A stretch of DNA of 64,000 bases, taken from positions 1-64,000 of IMG/VR virus record IMGVR_UViG_3300023174_004998. One strand, given 5' to 3'. The notes beneath the pieces are model-generated. The model saw nothing but the letters and a program-made list of their open reading frames with translations, was not told the origin of the DNA and did not search any database. The DNA is from a virus. Both the position numbers and the translations under genes were made by a program. Each line of letters opens with the position of its first letter. The stretch's first letter is position 1. Below, piece after piece: positions 44,674 to 54,386 of this stretch.

Positions 44674-47330
44674 TCAAATGTAAACAATGATTGGAAAGTG
44701 TTTGTTGTGTTGGTAGCTGATCCTAGATCCCATTCTAACACTCCCAACAAGTTGTTGATCTTTTGATCTACCACAGTGGCTTCCATTTCTGCATCGTCAA
44801 ATGGCAATTCTTTAAACCATTGCGGCAAGTGCATCTCATCTGTGGGGTAGCCAATTGAAGTCCATCCCAGGGCATTGCTCTTGAGTTTGCATACAATGGT
44901 CTTCATACCATCAACGATTTGCAATGAATAGTTATCGCTGTTCATCCGACGCATGTTGTTCCAGTTCATGGCTGCTCGCACATGTCCAGGCATGTTGGCA
45001 CGACCTTCACGTTCTTCTTTCTTTTGATACTGAGTGAGATTGTTTACACGTTTGGGACTACCCTTCTCCCAACCTGGCCGCTCGGTAAATTCGTATTTGA
45101 ATTTGCGTATAATTTCAATGATCTCATCTCGTTGACTACCGTTGAGCACACGCTCTAACAAGTCCCACAAAAAGTCTTGAATGACTTTGGGTGTATCGGA
45201 TCTCTTTAAATCCAAGCCCATGGCTTTGATTGATCCTGTTTTTCCATCAACGTCCTTGCGCTTGCCTTCTTTGTCATAGATATTGACGGCATAACGTTTC
45301 TTGGTAATGAATAAACTGCGACCTGCTACAAGTTCACGACCGCCTTTGATAATTGAACCCATTTCTCTAGGGCAATGAAATGCTCGCTCCATGAAGCCTG
45401 GAAAACTATCGTTGACTTGATCAGCAATACTGTCGTAGAGTTGTACGCACATTTCTTTTGACCATTCCATGCGACCTTCTTTGACTTCTTTAGACAATAC
45501 TGGCCAGGCACTAAAGTATACAGAATCTGTGTCACCATAGATGATAGCTTCGCCTACGTGATCATACTTGCCAGTGATACATTCGTTGACATAGGCATCC
45601 ATGTGATAGGCAATGGCACGTCCTGTCAGCGTGGTTGATTGTCCAATGCGTTTGTCAAAGAATCTACAACCAGGGTTCAAGATGGCACCATACAGTGAAT
45701 TCAAGTTAATCTTCTTGACCAACTGACGCTTGTCCCAAAACTCTTGCTCTGCTTTATCTGTAGATTCTTTTAGTTTGGCCTGTAGTTCTTTGCGTTCTCT
45801 ATACCAACGTGCCAGCAAGCCGGGAATAACACCTTCACTTTCAAAGGTAAAGATTGTGCCATTGGCCGACAGGATCCAAGGCTGATTGCTATCAAAGATC
45901 ATCTTCCATACTTCTGGAGCAGAGTGTACAGTTTCTTCTCCATCCTGCCAGTCTATGGTGATCTCTGTGCCACGTTGTTGTTCCATCACTGCTGTGTATT
46001 CAAGGCTTCCAAACAAACCTTCCCAGGCCGCCGCAAAGCTGGACCCAGAGTTCATTTTGTCCCGGATATACCTATCAGTCATTGTTGGCCGGAGTTGTCC
46101 GATAATGGTTTCTGGCGCCATGTTAAGGGCTCTAATAGCCGAGGGATACAGCGAGTTGATGTCAATGGCACCGACCCATTCGTGGATGCCTTTTTTGGGA
46201 TAAGCAACATAGGCACCTGCGGCTTGTGTATCTTCATCTGTGAGTCTCTCTTTGCGGTTGGGAACTACTAGTCCACGTTCGTGGGCTTCATTGATGATGG
46301 CCTGTTCAGTTACAGCCACAGCACCCATGGTTGTTTGCAACAACACAGTGTTGGCATGTGCTAGTTCGTTGGCAAGGTCTAGAAATCGTAACTTTTTGTC
46401 CAAGCGGGCAAGCAACATGGTGTCCTGCCTGTTGTAGTCGATGAATGTCTTGAAGTTTTGATTGTATAGCTGATCCAGCGTTCCCTCAAACTGAGTTTTT
46501 CTCTCTCCAAGCTCATGATCGCCGATGGCATCCAGCGAGTAGGAATGACGTTCTTCATATGTGTATTTCCTATAAAGTTGCATATAGTCCATGTGTACTC
46601 GACCAATCAAGTCAAAGGTCAAGTTTTCTGCACCAAAGCGTTCAAAGGTGCGTTGCTTGGGAAATTGATTCCACAAACACATGCGACGTGTGTCGTCTTT
46701 GCTGAGTACACGAGTGATACGTTGTACTGTATACGGTATATCAAAGCCCTCTGAGTTCCAGCCACTCAACACATCTGCATCGTCGATGAGATCCAAGAAC
46801 GTGTTCAACATGTCCTCTTCACGATCAAACAGCATGGTATTTTCAAACTGGCCAGCGATCTCTTTGGCAGTTTCTGCGCTCATTGACTTGGGAGGAATTA
46901 CCAAGGTAACCAACTGGTCCAACCAATCAAGATACAGAGATATAGCAGTGATAGGGTTGAATGGATCGTCAGGCTTGGAGAATCCACGCTCGGGGTCAAA
47001 GTCTACCTCAATGTCAAAGAAACATGTTTGCAGTCGAGGTGCATCCTGGCCTTTGTAGTTGTCTTCAAAGCATCGAAACACAGGATTGATATCCGACTCA
47101 TAGATACCTTTGCCTGATTGTATGCGTAGTTCTTTGCGGAACTCTTTGTTGTTGCGGGTGGAAAATCTTGAAACAGGGTTGCCGTAGATACTACGGAACT
47201 TGCCTCGAGGATCATCATAGTAGAACACGTATGTGGCTGGGTACTCGCGATACTCGCGAAGACCATTCCGGCGTTCTACTACATGAATGCGATCGTGTTC
47301 ACGATCAAATAGTGCGTCTACGTAACTCAT
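44670..47330 (-). CDS. Family B DNA polymerase (gp43-like)
   Basis: FDIEV, GWNSEGFDIPY, YNRQD exonuclease motifs; DINSLYPS, KINLNSLYG, YGDTDS, KKRY. Confidence 0.96.
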   Translation of the reverse strand: MSYVDALFDREHDRIHVVERRNGLREYREYPATYVFYYDDPRGKFRSIYGNPVSRFSTRNNKEFRKELRIQSGKGIYESDINPVFRCFEDNYKGQDAPRLQTCFFDIEVDFDPERGFSKPDDPFNPITAISLYLDWLDQLVTLVIPPKSMSAETAKEIAGQFENTMLFDREEDMLNTFLDLIDDADVLSGWNSEGFDIPYTVQRITRVLSKDDTRRMCLWNQFPKQRTFERFGAENLTFDLIGRVHMDYMQLYRKYTYEERHSYSLDAIGDHELGERKTQFEGTLDQLYNQNFKTFIDYNRQDTMLLARLDKKLRFLDLANELAHANTVLLQTTMGAVAVTEQAIINEAHERGLVVPNRKERLTDEDTQAAGAYVAYPKKGIHEWVGAIDINSLYPSAIRALNMAPETIIGQLRPTMTDRYIRDKMNSGSSFAAAWEGLFGSLEYTAVMEQQRGTEITIDWQDGEETVHSAPEVWKMIFDSNQPWILSANGTIFTFESEGVIPGLLARWYRERKELQAKLKESTDKAEQEFWDKRQLVKKINLNSLYGAILNPGCRFFDKRIGQSTTLTGRAIAYHMDAYVNECITGKYDHVGEAIIYGDTDSVYFSAWPVLSKEVKEGRMEWSKEMCVQLYDSIADQVNDSFPGFMERAFHCPREMGSIIKGGRELVAGRSLFITKKRYAVNIYDKEGKRKDVDGKTGSIKAMGLDLKRSDTPKVIQDFLWDLLERVLNGSQRDEIIEIIRKFKYEFTERPGWEKGSPKRVNNLTQYQKKEEREGRANMPGHVRAAMNWNNMRRMNSDNYSLQIVDGMKTIVCKLKSNALGWTSIGYPTDEMHLPQWFKELPFDDAEMEATVVDQKINNLLGVLEWDLGSATNTTNTFQSLFTFE

Positions 47331-47400
47331 TTTTCTCCAGGTGGCTTATGGCCCACTCATGCCGTTCTTCATGCCCGTGTCGTGGGCGAGGCGCTGTTGT
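47331..47400 (-). promoter_or_regulatory. Structured 5' UTR of the DNA polymerase gene (possible autogenous operator)
   Basis: GCC[GCCC-ACGACAC-GGGC]..GGC nested stem, then GTGG-GCCATAAG-CCAC hairpin directly before GGAG SD. Confidence 0.5.
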
Positions 47401-47411
47401 GATAACAGTAA

Positions 47412-47672
47412 TTATAGAGTTTTGCCGACAGTGGTCAAAATTGTTTCCAACAAAGCATGGTCTTGTTGCTCGCGACCAAATTCAGCCTTGTGTGCCAACT
47501 TGATGGCTTTTTTGAGAATGTTGGGTTTGATATCCATTTCTTCTGCCACAGCCTTGATAGTGTCACTGAGTCCACCATTGAGTGTTTCGATCTCGTGCAT
47601 GACCTGCATGCCTTCGTTGATGATCTGTGTAAGTTTGGCTTTTTGTTCGCCTGAAAAAACTCGATTGTCCAT
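47412..47672 (-). CDS. Small dsDNA-binding protein (T4 DsbA/GapR-like)
   Basis: 86 aa helical; EIE.L...LSD.IK.VAEE..IKP.ILKK.IKL pattern. Confidence 0.55.
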   Translation of the reverse strand: MDNRVFSGEQKAKLTQIINEGMQVMHEIETLNGGLSDTIKAVAEEMDIKPNILKKAIKLAHKAEFGREQQDHALLETILTTVGKTL

Positions 47673-47696
47673 GTTTAAAAATCTCCTTGTTCAGCT

Positions 47697-47725
47697 ATTA
47701 TATAACAGATCTTTTGGAAAGTCAA
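47697..47725 (-). promoter_or_regulatory. Sigma70 promoter of the replication block
   Basis: TTGACT-17-TATAAT. Confidence 0.8.
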
Positions 47726-47742
47726 ACAGTTTTGGTAAAGAT

Positions 47743-47828
47743 GCTCACTTTTGACTTACTAACGGGTAGCGAATCCTTTTCAGTCAGGCCAGCAGCCGGC
47801 CACGCACCATAGCGGTCCTAAGGTGTGT
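47743..47828 (-). ncRNA. Structured intergenic RNA candidate (three stems plus pseudoknot)
   Basis: CACC..GGTG, GGCCGG-CTG-CTGGCC, TGACT..AGTCA with loop TTCGCT able to pair with 3' AGTGAG. Confidence 0.45.
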
Positions 47829-48509
47829 TCATGCCCATGCCACCATTTTGAATCTTTCTTGGGGTATGCCAAAGTAATTGCATTTCCAATCACTCTGTGC
47901 AAAGAAATCCAAATGATGCCATTGGTCTTTGTGCTTCAGTATATCTCGACCGGCCTGTTGCCAATTGATACTGTTTATTTTTTGTTCCATCTTTTGTCGA
48001 ACTGCATCCACTTCTACAAAATCAAAACCGTCGTATTCCCAATGTAGAACTTCAAACGCATTGCCTTCACGATCCACCCAGTCTATAGAAAAGTCTAGTC
48101 CCCATTTTGGCCTTAACTGTATGAGCTTGTGGCACAAGGGCATTTGCTCACTCCACTGTAGAAGTTGTTCTCGCGCCCGATCGGCATATCCCTTGCGTTC
48201 AAATAGATAGCTGTGATTCAACACAGCACCTTCTATGCGATGGCCTTGTTCAAACCAAGGTGTCTTGATAGCATGCCGATGTTCTCTATGATTGAAGAAT
48301 TTGGTTTTATTGCAGTTGGCAAATCTCTTTTCCAACGGACAAAGATCAAATCCATTTTGATCAAACAGTGCAAAGTCTTCGACCAATGGCACAAACAGCA
48401 TAGAGTCAGTGGCTGAATGCCAATACCCATCTGGGTCAAACTTATTGTTGGTCAGGCGTAGCATTTCTTGGTGTAGGATACCTAGTGGCACTGGGTCGGG
48501 TGGGATCAT
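47829..48509 (-). CDS. Hypothetical protein
   Basis: FDQNGFDL, ERKGY, PKWGLDFSID. Confidence 0.6.
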   Translation of the reverse strand: MIPPDPVPLGILHQEMLRLTNNKFDPDGYWHSATDSMLFVPLVEDFALFDQNGFDLCPLEKRFANCNKTKFFNHREHRHAIKTPWFEQGHRIEGAVLNHSYLFERKGYADRAREQLLQWSEQMPLCHKLIQLRPKWGLDFSIDWVDREGNAFEVLHWEYDGFDFVEVDAVRQKMEQKINSINWQQAGRDILKHKDQWHHLDFFAQSDWKCNYFGIPQERFKMVAWA

Positions 48510-48975
48510 GCTGATAGTTGCAGGCAGGATTGAGCCAGGCAGTGAGTCGGTCTTCTATGGCCTTGAGTTCTTGTTTCAACTGTGCCTGATTACCGTGTTG
48601 TGCCACAGTGGTTATGGGATAGAAACGTAGTTGTACATCTTTTAAATCATTGATACCATACCCAGCCGCGGCAAATCGATCGGCAAACTGTTTCCAGTTG
48701 TGCATCTGTGCAGCCGAAGTACATTGATCCAATAACTTCTGGATGTGTTTGTGCCAACGTGCTGTGAAGTTGTCAGCGGCGGCAATGCCCACATAGAAGT
48801 AGCCCCAGTCAGGATGTTTCCAAACATAGATGCCCGACTTCTTTGTTTCTGCTGGACGGTCATTGCGCAGACGTATGGTCAAGCCAGGACGGCCTTCTCG
48901 CTGTTTGACCAAGGAATAGATATCGTAGAAATTGTAGGTAACACTACGACCCAATTGTATTTCGTTCAATCTCAT
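48442..48975 (-). CDS. GIY-YIG-like nuclease domain with short MRLNEI leader
   Basis: SGIYVW..FYVG..R..H...E..L...NP.CN. Confidence 0.55.
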   Translation of the reverse strand: MRLNEIQLGRSVTYNFYDIYSLVKQREGRPGLTIRLRNDRPAETKKSGIYVWKHPDWGYFYVGIAAADNFTARWHKHIQKLLDQCTSAAQMHNWKQFADRFAAAGYGINDLKDVQLRFYPITTVAQHGNQAQLKQELKAIEDRLTAWLNPACNYQHDPTRPSATRYPTPRNATPDQQ

Positions 48976-49043
48976 ACTGGTGAGTAAGGGTTGCGATGAC
49001 GATCATAACCATCGTCTTCTGGATACACTGGATATTCGTTCAT
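48972..49043 (-). CDS. 23 aa peptide MNEYPVYPEDDGYDRHRNPYSPV, not in ORF track
   Basis: AGGA SD; fills the gap exactly with an ATGA overlap. Confidence 0.5.
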   Translation of the reverse strand: MNEYPVYPEDDGYDRHRNPYSPV

Positions 49044-49044
49044 G

Positions 49045-49677
49045 TTATCTTCCTGCATTGCGTATGGCTGCACCGTTGTTGAAACTCTGGCTCCAGGAGT
49101 TAGCAGTACGATTACCTTTGCGAGCACTCCACTCGTAGCCTGCACGATGCCCTGAACAGTCTTTGGTGCATTGACTGCCTTTGAACATCAGCTCGTTTAG
49201 CTGTTCTTCTGTAAGACTTTCATCTAGTTCGTCATCCCCAAACTCCATGTGGTCATATGGGCCCCAGGGTTTGCCTGTACGACTATCTAGTTCACCTGAT
49301 TCGTCACCGTGTTCATAGTAGTCATCGCTGTAGATTTCCACACCATCGAATGTGCCATTGTAGCCAATGTTAAACCTGCGTGTGACACCGTCAGGACAAA
49401 CAATGCCACGTTGTAACAATCGTTCTATGTCTTCTTGACTCTTGATACCTTTTTGCAAGTTGCCAGTATCATACACACCGTTGTACCAAGCTGATGCTAG
49501 AGTTCTAAAATAGTCTCCAGAATCACTGCCGCCTCCGGGTGCAAACTCATTTAAGTCTTCGTTCTTCTTGCGACCTTGGCAATGAGCACGTTGGCTGAAA
49601 CCTTTGGGGTTAGAGCAATCTATAGAGCGTTTGTATTTCCGGCTCCATTTTTCTGAGATGAATTCTTCAGCTCTCAT
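49045..49677 (-). CDS. Putative internal head protein, three modules (MRAEEFISE leader)
   Basis: CTS-like leader; modules separated by LNE sites. Confidence 0.65.
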   Translation of the reverse strand: MRAEEFISEKWSRKYKRSIDCSNPKGFSQRAHCQGRKKNEDLNEFAPGGGSDSGDYFRTLASAWYNGVYDTGNLQKGIKSQEDIERLLQRGIVCPDGVTRRFNIGYNGTFDGVEIYSDDYYEHGDESGELDSRTGKPWGPYDHMEFGDDELDESLTEEQLNELMFKGSQCTKDCSGHRAGYEWSARKGNRTANSWSQSFNNGAAIRNAGR

Positions 49678-50081
49678 TTGGTCACCGGTCCACCTTCGAC
49701 CCAAGCATCGCAGGTGCGCTTGGCTGCACACTTAAATTTTAGAAACTTGCAATATCCTAGATCGCCAGCATCTATGGTGTCATGTGGATCTGACCCTGGT
49801 TCACTGCCAATGCCCCTGGCTATACAATCCAGCATGTCAGGACTCATATCAAAGGCCGCACAGTTGCCACAGCGGTTGTTCTTTACTGATTCAATATCGT
49901 TGGTGTTCCAACGGTCGGCCAGTTCAGCCCAGTATTCTTCATTGGGCTCGTTGGGATTTAGCGGACCATAGTGATATTCATCTATGGCCTTTTGACGATT
50001 CTTGAGATTGAGATCAATGCTCTGCGTGGCTGGTGGACAGCCTTTTTCTAGAGCTTCTAACAAGTTGATATAGTTTCTCAT
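49674..50081 (-). CDS. Putative internal protein, Cys-rich (MRNYINLLE leader)
   Basis: CGNC..GYC..C....CDAW, HiPIP-like Cys spacing. Confidence 0.6.
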   Translation of the reverse strand: MRNYINLLEALEKGCPPATQSIDLNLKNRQKAIDEYHYGPLNPNEPNEEYWAELADRWNTNDIESVKNNRCGNCAAFDMSPDMLDCIARGIGSEPGSDPHDTIDAGDLGYCKFLKFKCAAKRTCDAWVEGGPVTK

Positions 50082-50686
50082 TTTGTTGATTTAGCTTCAG
50101 CACGGTCTTGTGCTTTGAGAGGTAAACTTACAGGGTATTGATAACAAGCTTCTGGGTTACCCTGACCAGCTTCGGTCAAGAATGATGTAGCTGCCGGAAC
50201 TTGTCCCGATGGGCATGAACACACAGCAATGCCATCAGCACCTTTGACACAGTTCCAACTGAAACAGTTGCTGGACTTGGCGCCAAGATTCAAACTGGCA
50301 TCACACTTTTGTACAGTGGCTTTTTGTTTCCATGGTAATGAACTAAAGTTGCTGGCTTCTTGTGGGTAAAACAGTTTGGGAGCAAACAAACTCCAAACAT
50401 TTTTATCACTAGTAGGCGCACATGAACCTTTCATATTGCCAGCTGAGGTATCAGCAATAGCATGGCCTTTGAGTATGGGGCAACGGCATTCTACTTCAGG
50501 ATATGGCACACCATTGTTGCCAGTGATCATTTTTGGTGTTCCATCTTTGTTCATGACTGGTTTGCAAGTGCTGGCGGCACACAGCGCATATTCGCCATCA
50601 CAGAGTGTAATACCAGCAGTGGGCAATTGAGCCAACACAGGGGTTGACAGCATTATGAATGCTACTATTGCTAATAATTGTTTCAT
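50078..50686 (-). CDS. Secreted Cys-rich protein
   Basis: Sec signal peptide; about 12 Cys. Confidence 0.65.
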   Translation of the reverse strand: MKQLLAIVAFIMLSTPVLAQLPTAGITLCDGEYALCAASTCKPVMNKDGTPKMITGNNGVPYPEVECRCPILKGHAIADTSAGNMKGSCAPTSDKNVWSLFAPKLFYPQEASNFSSLPWKQKATVQKCDASLNLGAKSSNCFSWNCVKGADGIAVCSCPSGQVPAATSFLTEAGQGNPEACYQYPVSLPLKAQDRAEAKSTK

Positions 50687-50699
50687 TGTTTTCCTTTGA

Positions 50700-50801
50700 T
50701 TAAGTTTTTAATAACTGCTTGAGTTTGTCCAACGCGGCATTGAAGTTCTCTGCTATTATTGTAAATGCTTGTCCTTCTACAGTAAAGTTATATGTTCTCA
50801 T
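50700..50801 (-). CDS. 33 aa peptide MRTYNFTVEGQAFTIIAENFNAALDKLKQLLKT, not in ORF track
   Basis: AAGGAG SD; fills the gap. Confidence 0.5.
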   Translation of the reverse strand: MRTYNFTVEGQAFTIIAENFNAALDKLKQLLKT

Positions 50802-50802
50802 T

Positions 50803-51333
50803 TCATGCTCCTTTGTTTTTGATCCAGTCATCTGGAGTCTTGTTGTGCTTGGCTACAAAACGATCATGTAGCTGTTTGGCAGTTATTTTTGATTTTTTAG
50901 CGATGGACTGCATCATGTGATCAATGGCATCGTAACTGGTGGGATTTTTTAAAACCTTTTCTAAATCCTTGACCTCGTCTTCACGCACCCGGGTAGCTAC
51001 GTTCTTAGCTGGGCCTCGGCGTTCGGGATTGGGATCTTCTCTACGCTTCTTGGCCGCGGCTGATGCACGTTTCTTTTTGCCCAGTGCATAGGCCTTGGAT
51101 CTTGGCAAACACTTGGGTTTACCTTCCGAATCATCGCCACGGGCACAGTCGCCACGAATCTTGCCATCGGGCCCAAAGCGTACCCATTTTTCCTTGAACC
51201 ACTTCTTGAGATCCTCTTCCATTTGCTGTTCGCTCACAGGCACACAGTTAGGCACCATGCGGTCACCTTTTTTCTTCATGCCTGCTTGACGATATCCAGT
51301 CCAGCAAGCTTCGAGGATTTCTTGATATCTCAT
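50803..51333 (-). CDS. Putative internal protein, three basic modules (MRYQEILE leader)
   Basis: ACWTGY..VPNCVP; DLKKWFKEKW..KPKCLP; YDAIDHMM..TPDDWIK. Confidence 0.65.
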   Translation of the reverse strand: MRYQEILEACWTGYRQAGMKKKGDRMVPNCVPVSEQQMEEDLKKWFKEKWVRFGPDGKIRGDCARGDDSEGKPKCLPRSKAYALGKKKRASAAAKKRREDPNPERRGPAKNVATRVREDEVKDLEKVLKNPTSYDAIDHMMQSIAKKSKITAKQLHDRFVAKHNKTPDDWIKNKGA

Positions 51334-54300
51334 TTTTTCTTACCGCCATTGCCCCAGTTGTCAGCACCTTTTTTACGACACTGTACTAAAGCACCTGAAG
51401 CATAGGCACTGGGCCAAACTTTGTAACGTGATTTAACTTTATTGTAGCAAGCGTCTTGTTTTTCATCCAACTGGTCTTCGCCCAGTTCTATGTCACGACG
51501 ATCTTTGGCTCTTTTCTTAGCATAGTCGGTTTGTGGATTCTTTGGTTGACGTGCAACTGGTTTGCCGGCATCTACATCACGTTCACGAGCACGACGCTTT
51601 TGATAATCAGTTTGACCTTCCGCCACACCTTGCTGACTCAGTGCTTGACGTGCTTGTTTCAAGCGCACCAAGGCAGTGCTTTCACCTAACATTGAATCTT
51701 CGTCTTCACGATACACGGCCTTCTTCATGGCCAAGAACTTTTGCAGTGCTGCCAAGTCTTTGGTGTATTTGTCTTTGAGATCTTGGAATTGACGATCTGT
51801 TTCTGGCACAGGATACAGTTCTTCCATTTCAATATCTGCTTGCAGGCCAGGGTAGATACCGCCACGCACATTCTGTGCCTTTAAGAACAGCTTGTCGATC
51901 TGTTCTTTCATCTGGATTAACTCATCCAACAATGCTATGTGACGTCTAAGACTTAGAAATTCTTCATGACGTTGAGTACGTTGAGCATTTGATGGACGAC
52001 CACGACGTGGTCCAGCAGGTGTATTGAGATCAACTGCGGCCGGCGCTGGCTGTGCAGGTTGTTGTAGACTGCGCAACACTGACATGGCCTTGTCATTGAG
52101 TGCTTCTTTGATGTAGCCTTGCTTGATACCAACTTTGAGCAAATCGCCAATACGTTGTTGTATCGCGGCCTTGGCTTCTGGATCACTCATCAGCGCGATG
52201 TCTTTTTGTAGTTCACGCATCACACGCATTTTTTCTGCCCAGTCGCTCACAGTCGTGATGGCATTGTATCCTGAACGATTTAAATCTTCAGTTTCACGTA
52301 TCTTGATACCTTGGCTTTGTGCGCGGCCTTCTAACTCAGCAATCTTCAAACGGATGGCTTCTTTCTCACCAGGAGAAGCATTGGCCATCTGACGGAATAG
52401 TCGATCACGTGCATTTAAAAACTCTTCACGTTGTTTATTGCTACCGCCTGGTGTGGGTTGTGCAATGTTGAACTTGTCCATGCGTTGATTTTCACGTGCG
52501 ATACCAGTCCAGTTAATAGTACCTGTGGGCCAGCGTACACCAATTTCCATGGAAGGATATTTCTTCTTTAGAGCTTGTGCATGAGCAAAGGCTTTGTTGG
52601 AACTGTGGTGCTGTTTGAGATCACTGACAATACCATCCTTGCGACGTACCACACGGAAGTCGCCCACTGGTTCTTCTTCCCCAGCTGATTGTTCTCTGCG
52701 TTTGAAATTTTGTGAAGCCTGCTGACCCGCTTTCCATTGCTGTTCAATGTCTAGGTCTTTGAAACGACCTTCTTCAACATAGTCTTCCTCATCAGCATAG
52801 TCATTGTATTTGACATTGGAAGCATGAAACGCATGTTTACCAAAATTGTAGAGATCCACTATGACAAAGTGCTTGTCACGGCCAAAGCCTGAGACATCAC
52901 CAGTCTTGCCAGCATGCTCTACGTTGCCACCAATGATCACAGGATCACCAATGTGTAATTCTTCATTGCTTTCGTTCATACCAACTGCTTTGCCAAAATC
53001 TCCCATGTCTACTCCTTGCAGTGCGGCTGCCATTGGGTCCACTGCGGCATCTGATTTTTTCTTTCGAGCACGACTGATAGGAATCACTTTTCCATCATCC
53101 TTGGGTATTTCCACATACGGTGGTGCCTGTATCACAGTTGGTTCAGCGATTTTCTTGGGAGCGGTTTTCTTGGGAGCGGCTTTCTTACGAACTGCTGGTT
53201 TCTTTTTCTTCTCAGGAGCAGGCTGTGCCACGTCTGTTGGTTGTTGCTGTGGTTGAGTAGCAACTTCTGGTTCTGCGGGTTTCTCTGCGGCCTTTGGTTG
53301 TGTTGCTTGCGGTTCTTCAGGTTTCACAGCAGGCTTGGCCGGAACTTCAGGAGCAGTTTTGGCTACCACTGGTTCTGGTTGTTGTTTGAGTTGTTGTATT
53401 TCTTGATCTTGTTGTTGCACCACAGCGGCCAACTGTTGCATCTGTTGATCTTGAGAATCGTTGTCTTTGCGTAGTTGATCAATTTCAGCTTGTGCGGCCT
53501 GCGATTTTTCTAATTCGTCCTGTACAAAGGCTTCAATGTCACTGCCGGCCGCACTTTGACGAGCACGGGCCAGCTGGAAAGCTCTGGCCACTCGGGGATT
53601 TACCATGCTCTTACGATCTAATTCTGTTATTTCAGAATTTTTTTTTTGAGCTTCAGCTTCTTTGATTTTGGGAGTGCCCATGCCAGGCAGATCCATCTGG
53701 CCTGGAGGAACAGGTTCTGTGCCTGGTGCAACATAGGCAGGAACTTTCTTAGGCATCATACCTTTGGCACGCAATTTGTCAATGTAGTCAACCATGGCCA
53801 ACTTGTCACCAAATGTATTAAGAATGATGTTGACTTTTTGCTGTGGCTTCATACGGCCAAAGTCTTTTAATATAGCATAGATCTGCGAACGATAAAGAGT
53901 AAGAGGGCGATCGCCAGCAAATTCGAATTCACTGTAGGGCTTGTTTTCCATGTAGTCTTTGATCATGCGTTCCCAATTGATCTTGCCTGCTGTTTGTGTA
54001 GTAGGACGATCTGGATTGGCCATGGCGATCTCTTCTACAGCTTGATCTTCTTCCATCTGTCCGGGCATGGTATCACCTGTGACACCACGTTCGCCAGGAA
54101 TACTACCTTGGAAATTCTTTTGTTTGTCAATGAGTTGACGCAGTTGTTTCATGTGCTGATCAAACTTCACAGGATCTGCAAGATGATTCAAGAACTCTTC
54201 CTGACGACCTGCTTTGTTAAATGCTTTGTACTTGGCAAATATCCAACGTGTTTCCATTGGATCTAGAGTGATTGTTTCACCGCCAATGTTGAGTACAGCA

Positions 54301-54386
54301 TCCTGTCCTGATTGGGAGGCCTGCATCAAGGCTCGTAAATTATCGTAGCCTGTGGTAGTATCTTCGATCAAGTTCAGTAAATTCAT
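51330..54386 (-). CDS. Large modular putative internal polyprotein, 1018 aa (MNLLNLIE leader)
   Basis: Modules bounded by MEE/IKE/MNE/VEE/IRE/LGE/VAE/LDE; KOW-like module; C-terminal KQDACY..WPSAYASG. Confidence 0.7.
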   Translation of the reverse strand: MNLLNLIEDTTTGYDNLRALMQASQSGQDAVLNIGGETITLDPMETRWIFAKYKAFNKAGRQEEFLNHLADPVKFDQHMKQLRQLIDKQKNFQGSIPGERGVTGDTMPGQMEEDQAVEEIAMANPDRPTTQTAGKINWERMIKDYMENKPYSEFEFAGDRPLTLYRSQIYAILKDFGRMKPQQKVNIILNTFGDKLAMVDYIDKLRAKGMMPKKVPAYVAPGTEPVPPGQMDLPGMGTPKIKEAEAQKKNSEITELDRKSMVNPRVARAFQLARARQSAAGSDIEAFVQDELEKSQAAQAEIDQLRKDNDSQDQQMQQLAAVVQQQDQEIQQLKQQPEPVVAKTAPEVPAKPAVKPEEPQATQPKAAEKPAEPEVATQPQQQPTDVAQPAPEKKKKPAVRKKAAPKKTAPKKIAEPTVIQAPPYVEIPKDDGKVIPISRARKKKSDAAVDPMAAALQGVDMGDFGKAVGMNESNEELHIGDPVIIGGNVEHAGKTGDVSGFGRDKHFVIVDLYNFGKHAFHASNVKYNDYADEEDYVEEGRFKDLDIEQQWKAGQQASQNFKRREQSAGEEEPVGDFRVVRRKDGIVSDLKQHHSSNKAFAHAQALKKKYPSMEIGVRWPTGTINWTGIARENQRMDKFNIAQPTPGGSNKQREEFLNARDRLFRQMANASPGEKEAIRLKIAELEGRAQSQGIKIRETEDLNRSGYNAITTVSDWAEKMRVMRELQKDIALMSDPEAKAAIQQRIGDLLKVGIKQGYIKEALNDKAMSVLRSLQQPAQPAPAAVDLNTPAGPRRGRPSNAQRTQRHEEFLSLRRHIALLDELIQMKEQIDKLFLKAQNVRGGIYPGLQADIEMEELYPVPETDRQFQDLKDKYTKDLAALQKFLAMKKAVYREDEDSMLGESTALVRLKQARQALSQQGVAEGQTDYQKRRARERDVDAGKPVARQPKNPQTDYAKKRAKDRRDIELGEDQLDEKQDACYNKVKSRYKVWPSAYASGALVQCRKKGADNWGNGGKKK

